Source of the DNA: Thermodesulfobacteriota bacterium
GTDB taxonomy: Bacteria; Desulfobacterota_D; UBA1144; Nemesobacterales; Nemesobacteraceae
DNA: 64,000 bases
Direction: 5' to 3'
NCBI GenBank assembly: GCA_047518015.1
Contig: JAKZRS010000034.1
Span: 9,382 to 73,381 of the forward strand
Shown piece by piece: positions 20,720 to 31,160 of the stretch. The notes under the pieces were generated by a model that worked only from the letters and a program-made list of their open reading frames with translations, had not been told where the DNA came from and ran no database searches. A program made the translations under genes and the position numbers. Numbering within the stretch: position 1 is the stretch's first letter; the number at the start of each line of letters is the position of its first letter.

Positions 20720-20760
20720 GCAATCTGCTATGGTCAAAATACCACGAAACGATTAAACAC

Positions 20761-20807
20761 AAGAAGCGGGCATGAGGTTCAAACCAAAACCTTCATGCCC
20801 GCTTCTT
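20761..20807 (+). terminator. hairpin terminator downstream of the lipoprotein gene
   Basis: AAGAAGCGGGCATGAGG - loop - CCTCATGCCCGCTTCTT, a perfect 17-bp stem, followed by TTGTCTGCT. The weak T-tract makes the assignment tentative. Confidence 0.5.
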
Positions 20808-21107
20808 TGTCTGCTGAACGATTTAAGCGAAAATCATTCGGGAGTTTAATATACCGCGATGTCTCGGGCAAAAACTCCGTGCAAGCGAATCCCGGAACCT
20901 TCTCGCTTTAAAGTCTTGGAAAGCGGCAAGGTCACGTGAGAAGGTAAGAGTTTAAATCTTCGTGCTTCCCCGAAAATGCTTGGTTTTATCTTATCGGTCA
21001 CAAGTTCCGGCAAAGGAAATTTTGAACGCAACATATTTGCGTGCCCCCGTTCTTTGACAAAATCCTAGAAGAAACCTATTATTTCACCGCATCCGGAAGG
21101 AGAAAAA

Positions 21108-22034
21108 GTGAGAATAATAGTTACAGGCGGAGCGGGATTCATAGGTTCCTGGATATGCGAAGCGTATATTTCTGATGGCCATGAGGTTCTCGTAATAGAC
21201 AACCTTTCAACGGGGTCTGAGAACAACATCCCGTCCGAAGCTGAATTCATCGAGTGCGACGTAAGGGATTGTACCAAACTCGAAAAAGCGTTTCGCCAAT
21301 TCCGCCCCGAGGTCGTGAATCATCATGCGGCACAGATAAACGTAAGAGATTCCGTTGAAAATCCTTCTCTTGACGCCGAAATAAACATAAGCGGATCTCT
21401 CAATGTTCTAAGACTCTGCGTAGAACACAAAACCGAAAAGTTTATTTTCTCATCCACCGGAGGCGCCCTTTACGGAGAACCGGGAAGACTTCCCGCAGAC
21501 GAGTCGACCCCCACCCTCCCCCTCTCCCCCTACGGCATCTCAAAACTCACAACGGAAAATTACGTAAGGTACCATTCGAAAAACCACGGTTTCGGACACG
21601 TGATCCTAAGATACGCAAACGTGTACGGAGAAAGACAGAACCCCGAGGGAGAAGCTGGGGTGATAGGGATTTTCTGCGAGAACATAATCAACGAAAAACC
21701 CTGCCTTATATTCGGAGACGGAGAACAGACGAGGGACTACGTACATGTCTCTGACGTTTCCCAGGCAAACCTTCTCGCCGCCAGTCTAAAAGAAGAGGGA
21801 ACATTCAACATAGGAACCTCGGTTGAAAGTTCTGTAAATGAAATAGCTAGCATACTCAGTGAGGTAACGAAAACCGAATTCAGGATCGTCCATGAAAAGC
21901 AGCGCCCCGGGGAGGTAAGAAGAATAAGTCTTGATTGCTCCCTGGCGGCAGAAAGACTCGGATGGAGGCCACAAGTTCCCTTGGGCGAAGGGCTTTTCAG
22001 AACATGGAACTGGTTCTTGCAGGAAGTGGATTAA
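21108..22034 (+). CDS. NAD-dependent epimerase/dehydratase (GalE/UDP-sugar 4-epimerase-like SDR)
   Basis: GTG start after GGAAGGAG RBS; MRIIVTGGAGFIGSW Rossmann motif; YxxxK region present (YANVYGERQ ... K). Confidence 0.85.
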   Translation: MRIIVTGGAGFIGSWICEAYISDGHEVLVIDNLSTGSENNIPSEAEFIECDVRDCTKLEKAFRQFRPEVVNHHAAQINVRDSVENPSLDAEINISGSLNVLRLCVEHKTEKFIFSSTGGALYGEPGRLPADESTPTLPLSPYGISKLTTENYVRYHSKNHGFGHVILRYANVYGERQNPEGEAGVIGIFCENIINEKPCLIFGDGEQTRDYVHVSDVSQANLLAASLKEEGTFNIGTSVESSVNEIASILSEVTKTEFRIVHEKQRPGEVRRISLDCSLAAERLGWRPQVPLGEGLFRTWNWFLQEVD

Positions 22035-22108
22035 GAACCGCCGGAAGTCTTTGTCTTTGAAAAAACCTCGCTCGTGGTTAGAATCTTCTCTTTTCCGGAG
22101 GCTGGAAA

Positions 22109-22285
22109 ATGAAGGATAATGAAAAATTCTTTGATGTGCGAATTTACAAAAGATATGTAAAGGAAGGGGAAATCACCCTTAAGGATTACGAAAAACACGT
22201 AAAATCCCTGCCCGACGTAAGTGACAAGGCAATGTTCCTTATAATAGACGAAGAAGAAGGAACAGGAGAACAAGAAGAAGAATAA
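22109..22285 (+). CDS. small hypothetical protein (58 aa, acidic C-terminus), translationally coupled to the downstream DUF4177 gene
   Basis: ORF MKDNEKFFDVRIYKRYVKEGEITLKDYEKHVKSLPDVSDKAMFLIIDEEEGTGEQEEE found by hand (below the 60-aa track cutoff). Its stop overlaps the next ATG as TAATG. Confidence 0.3.
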   Translation: MKDNEKFFDVRIYKRYVKEGEITLKDYEKHVKSLPDVSDKAMFLIIDEEEGTGEQEEE

Positions 22286-22497
22286 TGGAACGCTGGCAAT
22301 ACAAGGTAGTCTCGACCGACGTGCTTGTTAAAAGGTCTCAGGACCATGATATAGCCGTCTACAAGGAAGAAGCTGATTCGAGAAGGGAGGGGGCCAGGGG
22401 AAGTCTTGAAGATTCCCTCGTTTCACTTGGCGAGGAAGGCTGGGAACTTGCCACCATTACGGGTGAATTCGCCATATTTAAAAAAAGAGTCAGCTGA
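22285..22497 (+). CDS. DUF4177-like small protein
   Basis: 70 aa; W.YKVV ... LGEEGWEL ... IFKKR pattern characteristic of DUF4177. Confidence 0.5.
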   Translation: MERWQYKVVSTDVLVKRSQDHDIAVYKEEADSRREGARGSLEDSLVSLGEEGWELATITGEFAIFKKRVS

Positions 22498-22500
22498 ACG

Positions 22501-24033
22501 TCACTGCCACTCTATGGTGCCGGGAGGTTTTGTGGATATATCGTACACTACCCGGTTTATTCCCTTTACCTCGTTTATGATTCTCACCGAGATCTTCCCG
22601 AGCAGATCATAAGATATCTTTGACCAGTCGGCGGTCATTCCGTCCGTACTGCTCACAGCTCTCAGCGCGCAGACGTTTTCATAGGTGCGCTCATCACCCA
22701 TTACCCCCACCGTCTTTACGGGGATAAAAACGCAAAAAGCCTGCCATATCCCATCATAGGCGCCAGATTTTTTAAGCTCATCGATGAAAAGACTGTCGGC
22801 GTGTCTAAGTATGGAAAGTCTCTCTCGCGTAACCTCCCCCATTATCCTGATAGCAAGACCGGGACCGGGAAAAGGGTGGCGTCCTATAAGAGATGAAGGA
22901 AGCCCGAGCTTCTCACCGACGCTTCTAACCTCGTCTTTGAAAAGTTCCCGAAGAGGTTCAACTATCTCTAGGTTCATTTTTTCCGGAAGTCCTCCAACAT
23001 TATGGTGGGATTTTATCACGGCCGAGGGACCCTTGACGCTCACGCTCTCAATCACATCGGGATAGAGAGTTCCCTGGGCAAGGAAACGGACGCCGGATAT
23101 CTTCTCAGCCTCTTCCTCAAAAACCCTCACGAACTGCTCGCCCATAATCTTTCTTTTCGTTTCGGGGTCCTCAACGCCCTCAAGACAAGAGAGAAATCTC
23201 TCAGAGGCATCCACGTGAATGAAGTTCATCTCAAATTCGGAAAAAGCGTCTTGGACCTCCCGCGCCTCATCAAGCCTCATGCAGCCCGTATCGACGAAAA
23301 TGCAGTGAAGCCTGCGGCCCACCGCTTCGTTAATAAGAGCTGCCGTAACCGAGGAATCCACTCCTCCTGAGAGTCCGCATATGATTTTGCCGTCCCCGAC
23401 TATTTCTCTTATCCTGTGTATGGAGTGCTCTATGAAAGAGCCCGCCGTCCAGTTTCCACTGAGACCCGCCACTTGGAAAAGGAAATTGGAAAGTATCTCA
23501 GCTCCAAATTCCGTATGAACGACTTCGGGGTGGAACTGTACCCCGTAGATGTTTCCTCCCGCGTTTCTTACTGCCGCACACTCCGTGTTCTCGGTATCGG
23601 CTATCGCCGTAAAACCCTCGGGCACCTTCAAAACTCTGTCGCCGTGAGACATCCAGACCCCTGAGGTCCGCGCTACACCGGAGAAAAGCGGGTCTTCCGT
23701 TCCCACGTTTAAAACGGCGGGACCGTACTCTCTTTTCTCTGAACGTTCAACTTCCCCTCCGAGCTGGAAAACCAGCACCTGAAGCCCGTAACAAATGCCC
23801 AGGACAGGAATTCCCAAAGACAGTATTTCTCCATCCACTCTGGGAGAAGTTTCCTCCCAGACGCTGGAAGGCCCTCCGGAAAGTATTATAGCCCCAGGTG
23901 GATCTTTCCTTATCTCGTCTGAGGAAGTGTTGTAGGGTTTTATCTCGGAATAGACCCCGAGTTCCCTCGTGCGCCTGGCGATCAGCTGCGTATACTGTGA
24001 ACCGAAATCAAGAACCAGAACTTTTTCGCGCAT
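22501..24033 (-). CDS. guaA: GMP synthase (glutamine-hydrolysing)
   Basis: [31 protein letters not shown] GATase N-terminus; PP-loop SGGVDSSV; C-terminal dimerisation domain. Start taken at the internal Met (the track ORF extends 12 codons upstream). Confidence 0.9.
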   Translation of the reverse strand: MREKVLVLDFGSQYTQLIARRTRELGVYSEIKPYNTSSDEIRKDPPGAIILSGGPSSVWEETSPRVDGEILSLGIPVLGICYGLQVLVFQLGGEVERSEKREYGPAVLNVGTEDPLFSGVARTSGVWMSHGDRVLKVPEGFTAIADTENTECAAVRNAGGNIYGVQFHPEVVHTEFGAEILSNFLFQVAGLSGNWTAGSFIEHSIHRIREIVGDGKIICGLSGGVDSSVTAALINEAVGRRLHCIFVDTGCMRLDEAREVQDAFSEFEMNFIHVDASERFLSCLEGVEDPETKRKIMGEQFVRVFEEEAEKISGVRFLAQGTLYPDVIESVSVKGPSAVIKSHHNVGGLPEKMNLEIVEPLRELFKDEVRSVGEKLGLPSSLIGRHPFPGPGLAIRIMGEVTRERLSILRHADSLFIDELKKSGAYDGIWQAFCVFIPVKTVGVMGDERTYENVCALRAVSSTDGMTADWSKISYDLLGKISVRIINEVKGINRVVYDISTKPPGTIEWQ

Positions 24034-24129
24034 TTTATGGCCGCCTCCACCGTTGCAGTGAAATCCCAAGTATGCAGAAGGGTAAACTACTCTTTTTGAG
24101 GCTGCCTTTACGAGATAAGAAAACCGTTA

Positions 24130-25599
24130 TCACCCGATCCTGTAGTTGGGAGATTCCTTGGTAATTACGATATCGTGAACGTGACTTTCCTGAAGCCCGG
24201 CGTTGGTAAGCTTTACGAACTTCGCGTTTTTCTGAAGCTCCTTTATGGTCGCTGAACCGGTGTAGCCCATTCCCGCCCGAAGCCCCCCGACCAGCTGATA
24301 AACTATGGCCCCTATATTGCCTCTGTAAGGAACCCTTCCCTCTATGCCTTCCGGAACAAGCTTGGCTTCCATCATCTCATCATCCTGGGCATAGCGGTCC
24401 CTGCTCCCGGCCCTCATCGCTTCAATCGAACCCATGCCACGGTACACCTTGTAGGTTCTCCCCTGGTAGAGAACGACCTCCCCGGGAGCTTCATCCGACC
24501 CGGCGAGCAGATTTCCTATCATGACGGAATCCGCCCCGGCGGCAAGCGCCTTGGTTATATCTCCCGAGTACTTTATTCCTCCGTCTGCTATTACGGGTAT
24601 ATCGTGTTTTTTAGCTACGGAACAGACCTTTGTTATGGCAGTTATCTGCGGCACCCCTATGCCGGCTATCACGCGCGTTGTGCATATTGATCCGGGACCT
24701 ACCCCTACCTTAAGACAATCCGCACCTGCTTTTATAAGATCCTCGGCCCCTTCAGACGTCGCTATGTTGCCGGCCACCAGATTTATATCGGGGTACTTTT
24801 TTCTTATGCGGACCAGACTGTCGAGCACTCTTTTCGAATGTCCGTGGGCGGTATCCACCACTATGACGTCACAACCCGCCGCGACAAGCTCATCCACCCG
24901 CTCCTGGCTGTGCTTGTCAACCCCGACCGCGGCTCCTGCGAGAAGCCTTCCCATCGCGTCCTTGGATGCCTTGGGGAACTTCTCTATTTTCTCTATGTCC
25001 TTCATGGTTATAAGGCCGCGAAGCTTGAAGCTGTCGTCGACAACCGGAAGTTTTTCTATCTTGAACTTGTGAAGAAGCTCTTTGGCTTCCAGAAGAGTGG
25101 TGCCTTCCTTGACGGTGACAAGCTCTTTTCTGGGGGTCATGACCTTGTCGATCTTAAGGTCCATGTTCTTTTCGAATCTTATGTCCCTGTTGGTGATTAT
25201 TCCATGAAGAGTGTTATCGGGCTTTACGACAGGAAGACCTGAGATATCGTTTTTAACCATTATCTCAAGGGCTTCACTGACCCGGGTTCCCGGACGCACG
25301 GTCAGGGGATTCACTATCATTCCGCTTTCGTACTTTTTTACCCTCTCAACCTCGCCCGCCTGTGCCGGGATGGAGAGGTTCCTGTGGATTATTCCTATGC
25401 CGCCTTCCTGTGCCATGGCGATCGCCGTCCGAAACTCCGTTACGGTATCCATGGCCGCGCTCAGTATGGGAATATTAAGGGCTATGCGCTTGGTGAGGTG
25501 GACCGAGACGTCAACTTCGGTTGGAAGAACTTCCGAGTAGCTTGGAGATAGTATTACGTCGTCAAAGGTAAGCGCTTCTTCAAAAACAAAATCCTGCAT
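24130..25599 (-). CDS. guaB: IMP dehydrogenase
   Basis: 489 aa; CBS pair; catalytic loop [12 protein letters not shown]. Confidence 0.9.
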   Translation of the reverse strand: MQDFVFEEALTFDDVILSPSYSEVLPTEVDVSVHLTKRIALNIPILSAAMDTVTEFRTAIAMAQEGGIGIIHRNLSIPAQAGEVERVKKYESGMIVNPLTVRPGTRVSEALEIMVKNDISGLPVVKPDNTLHGIITNRDIRFEKNMDLKIDKVMTPRKELVTVKEGTTLLEAKELLHKFKIEKLPVVDDSFKLRGLITMKDIEKIEKFPKASKDAMGRLLAGAAVGVDKHSQERVDELVAAGCDVIVVDTAHGHSKRVLDSLVRIRKKYPDINLVAGNIATSEGAEDLIKAGADCLKVGVGPGSICTTRVIAGIGVPQITAITKVCSVAKKHDIPVIADGGIKYSGDITKALAAGADSVMIGNLLAGSDEAPGEVVLYQGRTYKVYRGMGSIEAMRAGSRDRYAQDDEMMEAKLVPEGIEGRVPYRGNIGAIVYQLVGGLRAGMGYTGSATIKELQKNAKFVKLTNAGLQESHVHDIVITKESPNYRIG

Positions 25600-25604
25600 A
25601 GCAG

Positions 25605-25982
25605 CTATCCCGCCTTCTTTGTGGCGGTGACTTTCTTTGTCCTGGGTTTTCTTGTCTTCGGGGCGGGTTTCGCTTCTTCCTTATCGTCGGAAGCACCGCT
25701 CCCGCTCATGCTTTTAAAACCCTTCCCGAAAAGATTCAGAATTTTCTTTCTCGCGTCGGAAGCCTCCACACCGAGTTCAATCTCTATTTCCTGCTCTTTT
25801 TCCAGGAGATTCAGAAAAACGGATACGATACCCACGTAAGTAGTGTCATCTACTTTTTCAAATCCCATGAATTTCAAAAGCTTTTTCTGAACGACCGGGA
25901 ACTGGAAACCAACGGTATTGACGGATTCTTTGGAAAGGGAACCATCTTGACTTATGCTTATTTTTATTCGTGTAGATTTCAT
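25605..25982 (-). CDS. hypothetical small protein with Lys/Pro-rich basic C-terminal tail, immediately upstream of and co-oriented with guaB
   Basis: 125 aa; ends [21 protein letters not shown]; 5-nt gap to guaB. Confidence 0.45.
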   Translation of the reverse strand: MKSTRIKISISQDGSLSKESVNTVGFQFPVVQKKLLKFMGFEKVDDTTYVGIVSVFLNLLEKEQEIEIELGVEASDARKKILNLFGKGFKSMSGSGASDDKEEAKPAPKTRKPRTKKVTATKKAG

Positions 25983-26097
25983 TATTTAACCACCGGATTA
26001 TTTCTATAAAGGGGCTATAGTTTACTAAAAACGGCTTAATAAAGCAATTTCGGCCCCTCAATGCTCTCACCAAAACCGTGACCATGAATGGTTTCCG

Positions 26098-26670
26098 CTA
26101 GCCCTCGGATATCACTTCGAAATCCGTAATCTCGATTTCGTACTTAAGGCCCAGGATCTTGTTCACGGAAAGGTAGAAAGTGTTGAAGAAAACGGTGTTG
26201 CCGGGCTTTATGTTGAAATTGGCCGATGCCTCCGTGCCGGTAAACGCCGAGAGGTCATCCCCGCTTTTCCTGCTCAGTTTCTGAACAGGATCATCCGTAT
26301 CGGCGTTTCTAAGGTCCCGCATCGAAAGTGTGTTGCCGGAATAGAAGTCCTGAACGTAAACGGTCCGCCCCGATACCTGGAAACTGCTTCTGAGCTTTAT
26401 GTAGCTGACGGGCACATCACTTTCGTTCATGATCTCCCCGCGAACGAAAAAAAGATAGCCTTTTTTTGTTGTTATCCACCGGGAATCTGTGTTTCTCACG
26501 ATCAGTTTGCGGGAAATATCATCGCTTTGCCAGAACCATCGCTCGGGATAAAGTCCGAACTTAAAAACCCCCAGACCGAGTGCGAGAACAATCCCTATCA
26601 GGATAAATATCCGCGGGTGGTTTTTCTTTTTTACTTCGTCTATCCCGTAAAATATCTTTTCCGTATCCAT
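26098..26670 (-). CDS. hypothetical single-pass membrane protein
   Basis: Start taken at MDTEKI. One TM segment IFILIGIVLALGLGVF followed by a roughly 140-aa soluble domain. Family uncertain. Confidence 0.4.
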   Translation of the reverse strand: MDTEKIFYGIDEVKKKNHPRIFILIGIVLALGLGVFKFGLYPERWFWQSDDISRKLIVRNTDSRWITTKKGYLFFVRGEIMNESDVPVSYIKLRSSFQVSGRTVYVQDFYSGNTLSMRDLRNADTDDPVQKLSRKSGDDLSAFTGTEASANFNIKPGNTVFFNTFYLSVNKILGLKYEIEITDFEVISEG

Positions 26671-26916
26671 AGGTCCAGGTCCCGGAAATAAAAGGGCAAA
26701 GTGATGTCTCCGGAGGCAGATTATAACCGTAATATCCTCTTTTCCCACAAACAGAGGCCCTCGCGGAGCGCAAGCCGGAAAGTGACCGTGGCCATTAACC
26801 GATCCATTTTACAACGCACGTCCTTCAAGCTATAAATATTAAGGACAAAGAGCTTCAGGCTCTACCCTGCGTACGGATTTAACCTCATAAATAAGAACTT
26901 ATCGGGAGAAAGAATC

Positions 26917-27744
26917 ATGAGCAGAATGCTTAAGAATCGGAAGACAAGTTTTTGGGTCTTTGTGTTCGCTGTAGGAATGATTTTCGGTGTTTCCGGCAAC
27001 GCAGTTGCCCAAAGCGGCGGTTTTTACGTCGGTGTTTCGGCCGGGGTTGAGCGCGCGAGCATAGAACACGCAAAGACCGTTGACAGTACTGATGTTCCGG
27101 AGGATTTTCTGCAGAACGGAAACATTTATAACACAAGTGATTCCGCAAGTGAAACGGGTTTTGGAGGCGGGTTGTTTTTGGGCTACCGGTTTAACCTGGA
27201 CCCAAGCGGCACTCTATATTTAGGCGCCGAGATTGACGGGCGGTTCCACGGCGGCACAGCAAGCGGAATGCTTCCCGGAGAAGGACGGTCCCAAGGTCGA
27301 AACCAGTACGGAGAAGCCTGGCCCGATGAGTGGAGCGTTGAGAGGAAAAACAGCTACGGGGCAACCTTTATGCTCGGCGTGAGTCCCCCGTTTCTGATTT
27401 CGCTTGTGGGCCCGGGTGCGGGCGTCTACGTGCTTGGCGGCCTGCGCCGCATGGACGCGGAGTTAACGGTTGATTCCAATGGTTGCTTGACTCCACGCGA
27501 GCTTTGCGGTCCCGGAGATCTAACTCCAGGCACCAACTCCTACGACGAGACTTTCTACGGATGGACGGTCGGAGGAGGCCTTGAGAAGATGATCGGAGAC
27601 AAGATAGGAATCCGGGGCGAGGTCCGCCACACGCAGTACGGAAAAGAAGACCGGGAAACTTTTCCGGATGCCCCTGTCAAGGTTCCTACATCACTTGAAG
27701 GGGATGAAACCAGTCTTTCGCTGGGAGCGGTTGTGTACTTCTGA
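26917..27744 (+). CDS. outer-membrane beta-barrel protein (OmpA-like/porin-family barrel)
   Basis: Signal peptide ending AVAQS; alternating hydrophobic beta-strand pattern; C-terminal AVVYF (terminal Phe) typical of OMPs. Confidence 0.6.
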   Translation: MSRMLKNRKTSFWVFVFAVGMIFGVSGNAVAQSGGFYVGVSAGVERASIEHAKTVDSTDVPEDFLQNGNIYNTSDSASETGFGGGLFLGYRFNLDPSGTLYLGAEIDGRFHGGTASGMLPGEGRSQGRNQYGEAWPDEWSVERKNSYGATFMLGVSPPFLISLVGPGAGVYVLGGLRRMDAELTVDSNGCLTPRELCGPGDLTPGTNSYDETFYGWTVGGGLEKMIGDKIGIRGEVRHTQYGKEDRETFPDAPVKVPTSLEGDETSLSLGAVVYF

Positions 27745-27996
27745 GCCGTCTGCGGTCATTCACCTCGCAGAAATTTTGTAAAGCTTCTCGTTTCGTTCCG
27801 AAAGATACTTTCTCCTTTAATGGCTTTTGGAATCGGAGGAAGAACCGTTAGTTCGAGATCCTAGGAAAAGAGACCCTGTGATTTTCTTACGGCAGCTCCG
27901 TCGAGAACCTCTGGTGTCTGCTCACACCGAAACAGATTGAAAAAATATCCCTATATGTAATAATAACCCTCATTGCTTTTTTTCAGGAGTGGATGA

Positions 27997-28953
27997 ATGA
28001 ACCCTGCTAACCCTTTTGCGTCCCTTAGGGAAGAAATGGATAAGCACGTAATCGGACACGACGAGGTAAAGACCGCTCTTCTTCTCGGAATAATTTCAAG
28101 AGAGCACATTTATATCGAAGGCCCTCCGGGTACGGCAAAGACCATGCTTTCGGAAATCGTTTCCAAGGCGGCCCAGCTTAATTTCTTTTTCTACCAGCTT
28201 CACAGAGACACCAGGCTCTCAGAACTTATCGGAGACCTGACTATAGTGAAGGAAGAAACCGAGTTCGGAGAAAGAATAAAGCAGGACATCATAAAGGGCG
28301 GGATACTGACGTCTGAGATCTGTCTTTTAGACGATATATCGCGCGCGCCCGGAGAATCGCTCAACATACTCCTGCGAATACTTAACGAAAGGAAATTCTT
28401 CAGCGAACCCATTCCCCTTCTGACCGCGATAGCGACAAGCAACCCCACGGCGGATGAGTACTACAACGAACCCCTTGATCCGGCCAACCTTGACCGGTTC
28501 GTTCTTCAGGTGAAGGCCCTTGGAATTTCCTACGGAAGAAAATGGGATGAAGCCAGAAAGGTTATTGAGCTTTACGCAGAAAAGCCGTTTGAAGAAAAAA
28601 TACCGAAAAGGGTAAGCAAAAAACTTTTCGACAAAAGCTATAAGAGACTTGAGAAGATCCAGATTCCACCCGATGTACAGGAAGGTCTTGCGAAGTTTAC
28701 GGCCGTACTGATTGAGGATTTCGGGCTTAACGAAACCAATTCCCTTATTTCCGACAGGACGTTTTTTGTAAAAGCGTTAAAGCTTATCCGCTCCCACGCG
28801 CTTCTAAACGAAAGGGAGGTCTGCTCAAAAGAAGACCTTGAAGTTCTCAAATACATGACCGCGTTCCGGGTTCCTCCCGACGTCTACGAACAGATGGACA
28901 ATATTCTCCGGAATATCATTCAGGATAAAAAAAAAAGCCAGATGACCAGCTGA
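27997..28953 (+). CDS. MoxR-family AAA+ ATPase
   Basis: VIGHDEVKTALLLGIISREHIYIEGPPGTAKT Walker A; 318 aa. Confidence 0.85.
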   Translation: MNPANPFASLREEMDKHVIGHDEVKTALLLGIISREHIYIEGPPGTAKTMLSEIVSKAAQLNFFFYQLHRDTRLSELIGDLTIVKEETEFGERIKQDIIKGGILTSEICLLDDISRAPGESLNILLRILNERKFFSEPIPLLTAIATSNPTADEYYNEPLDPANLDRFVLQVKALGISYGRKWDEARKVIELYAEKPFEEKIPKRVSKKLFDKSYKRLEKIQIPPDVQEGLAKFTAVLIEDFGLNETNSLISDRTFFVKALKLIRSHALLNEREVCSKEDLEVLKYMTAFRVPPDVYEQMDNILRNIIQDKKKSQMTS

Positions 28954-28970
28954 CGCCTGACCCGGATCAG

Positions 28971-30125
28971 ATGCCTGATTCGGAGTTTGACCAGGATTTT
29001 TCCCAGGAGCCCAAAGGGGAGATTCCTGACGAGGAAGCGGACAAGGAAACCGAGAATCCGCTCGCCGAGGCCCAGAAAACCTTCTTTGACGCGCTTCGGG
29101 ACCTCAAGCAGAACCTTGATAACAACCAGAGCGAAATGGCTCCTCCCGAAGGCCAGGACGTGCCAAGCGATCCTACCGGAAACCCCCAGGACAGCGGAAA
29201 CACGGAAAGAGAGGACAAATCCGCGCGCGCCTACATGAGCAGCAAGTCCTCCAAGGCCGGAGAGGACGATGAAACGGTCATCCCGGGAAGGGGAAATTCG
29301 GAAACCGCCGAGAACATAAAACGCATCATGAGAGTTCTCGAGGGTAACTTCCAGAAAAGCATGGCCAAAAAAACCCCCCACCCAGGAGGTTCTCCGAGGA
29401 AATGGAAGCGCATGTCCTCTTTTGACGAAATTGAGGACATAGATCCCGTTGAGGCGTTTATATGGTCCCAGCATACTTCTCCCCGACTCCCGCGCGTTCA
29501 TCTTCGCGAAAAAGAGACGCTCGGAGGAGAAATAGCCATACTCAGGGATATAAGCACTTCGATGATGGGAGTGTACAGCGAGTGGTCCTCATCCGTTGTA
29601 AAGGGAGTAATAGAACTTGCAAGAAGAAAGAGAATGAGAATCGGCTATCTGGAATTTAACCACCGTTCCAGAAAACACGTGAAAAATTCGCGATTTTTCA
29701 CCAGGGACTACACGTGGATAGAAAGTCTCGCGGAAAAAACGGACTGCTCGGGCAACACCAACTACGAAGAAGCTCTGGGAGAGGCGCTCAAGGAGTTTCG
29801 CGGCAGAGGACTTAGAAACAAGCACATACTCTTCATAACCGACGGGATTCCCACTTCCGGCGACGCGGAGGTGAAAAAAGAGAGGGAACGCGCGAAAAAT
29901 ATCGGCGTCTGCATACACTCCATATTCATCGGGTCAAAAAACTACCCCTCGATACTTGAGAAAATCTCAAAGGAAACAGTTGGAACACAGTTCATGGCCT
30001 CCAAGGGGCGGGACGGCATAATACGCATAGAGAGAAAAGACAGGGCTTACCTGCAAGCCGAACAGGAAAAGATTGCCCGCTCGCAGCTTGATGGCTTCGC
30101 AAAAGCGTTTAGAGGAGAATTCTAA
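28971..30125 (+). CDS. VWA-domain protein (MoxR partner)
   Basis: Acidic N-terminal region; C-terminal vWA with MIDAS-like HILFITDGIPTSGD. Confidence 0.75.
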   Translation: MPDSEFDQDFSQEPKGEIPDEEADKETENPLAEAQKTFFDALRDLKQNLDNNQSEMAPPEGQDVPSDPTGNPQDSGNTEREDKSARAYMSSKSSKAGEDDETVIPGRGNSETAENIKRIMRVLEGNFQKSMAKKTPHPGGSPRKWKRMSSFDEIEDIDPVEAFIWSQHTSPRLPRVHLREKETLGGEIAILRDISTSMMGVYSEWSSSVVKGVIELARRKRMRIGYLEFNHRSRKHVKNSRFFTRDYTWIESLAEKTDCSGNTNYEEALGEALKEFRGRGLRNKHILFITDGIPTSGDAEVKKERERAKNIGVCIHSIFIGSKNYPSILEKISKETVGTQFMASKGRDGIIRIERKDRAYLQAEQEKIARSQLDGFAKAFRGEF

Positions 30126-30158
30126 CGCGCCCGTCAAAGACGCCTCTAACGTATAAGA

Positions 30159-31160
30159 TCACTGTTTTGCCTTTTTTAAAATCTTGTTCACGGCATTTAG
30201 ATGATCCCCGTATCTGCTTGAGAAAATATGGACCCCATCCCCGCTTGAGACGAAGTAAAGATAGTCCACATCCGCCGGCTGGAGTGCCGCGCGGATTGAA
30301 TCAAGACCGGGAGCCGCTATAGGACCCGGAGGGAGTCCCGAAACCACGTAGGTGTTATAGGGAGAAGGAAAACTGAGGTCCTTTTTTCTAATATTGCCGT
30401 CAAACCTCTTGCCAAGAGCGTAAATCACCGTCGGATCGAATTCAAGCTTCATACCTGTTTTGAGCCGGTTACGTATTACTGCGGAAACAAGGGGTTTTTC
30501 CGGCGGGAAAGCGGTTTCTTTCTCTATTAGTGAAGCGATTGTTACAATCTCTTTAATCCCGGATTCCGTACTTTTGATACCAAGCGTCGCGCAAGCCTCC
30601 CGAAACCTGCTGAACATCGTTTCAACAATCTTTTCCGCGGTGCTGTTTTTTGCGAAGAAATAGGTGTCGGGAAAAAGAAATCCCTCAAGACTTAAAACGT
30701 CTACGCCAAGCTTTTTCGTGGAATATTCGCTGTTCTCCGCAAGCGCGAGAAACTCCTTGCGGGAAACTATCTGCGAAGCCTCAAGAATCCCGGCCATCTG
30801 AGCTAGGGTAATTCCCTCAGGAAAAGTGACTTTCCTCAAGAACACTTCGCCACGGCGCAGCTTTCTGTGAACGGAATAAGGAGCCTCGCCCGCTGAAAAC
30901 ACATATTCACCGTGTTTAAGCTTCCCCTGAGTTCTGCTGAGAAAGGCCGGGAGAGAAAGAATCTCCGCCTTTCTTATCACCCTCTCTCCCTCAAGCTTAT
31001 TCGCTATGGCGGATAGACCGAAGCCTTGCGGTATCTCGACAATTTTTGTTTCCACGGGGAAGCCGTCTAAGAAATAAAACCAGGCAAACAAGGTCAACAG
31101 AACAAAAACAAAAACCGCAATCCCCGCTGAGAACCGGTTGAACCCACGAGTCTCGCTCAT
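30159..31160 (-). CDS. mltG: endolytic murein transglycosylase MltG (YceG-like)
   Basis: N-terminal TM segment then a YceG domain; 333 aa; ATGA overlap with proB. Confidence 0.8.
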   Translation of the reverse strand: MSETRGFNRFSAGIAVFVFVLLTLFAWFYFLDGFPVETKIVEIPQGFGLSAIANKLEGERVIRKAEILSLPAFLSRTQGKLKHGEYVFSAGEAPYSVHRKLRRGEVFLRKVTFPEGITLAQMAGILEASQIVSRKEFLALAENSEYSTKKLGVDVLSLEGFLFPDTYFFAKNSTAEKIVETMFSRFREACATLGIKSTESGIKEIVTIASLIEKETAFPPEKPLVSAVIRNRLKTGMKLEFDPTVIYALGKRFDGNIRKKDLSFPSPYNTYVVSGLPPGPIAAPGLDSIRAALQPADVDYLYFVSSGDGVHIFSSRYGDHLNAVNKILKKAKQ

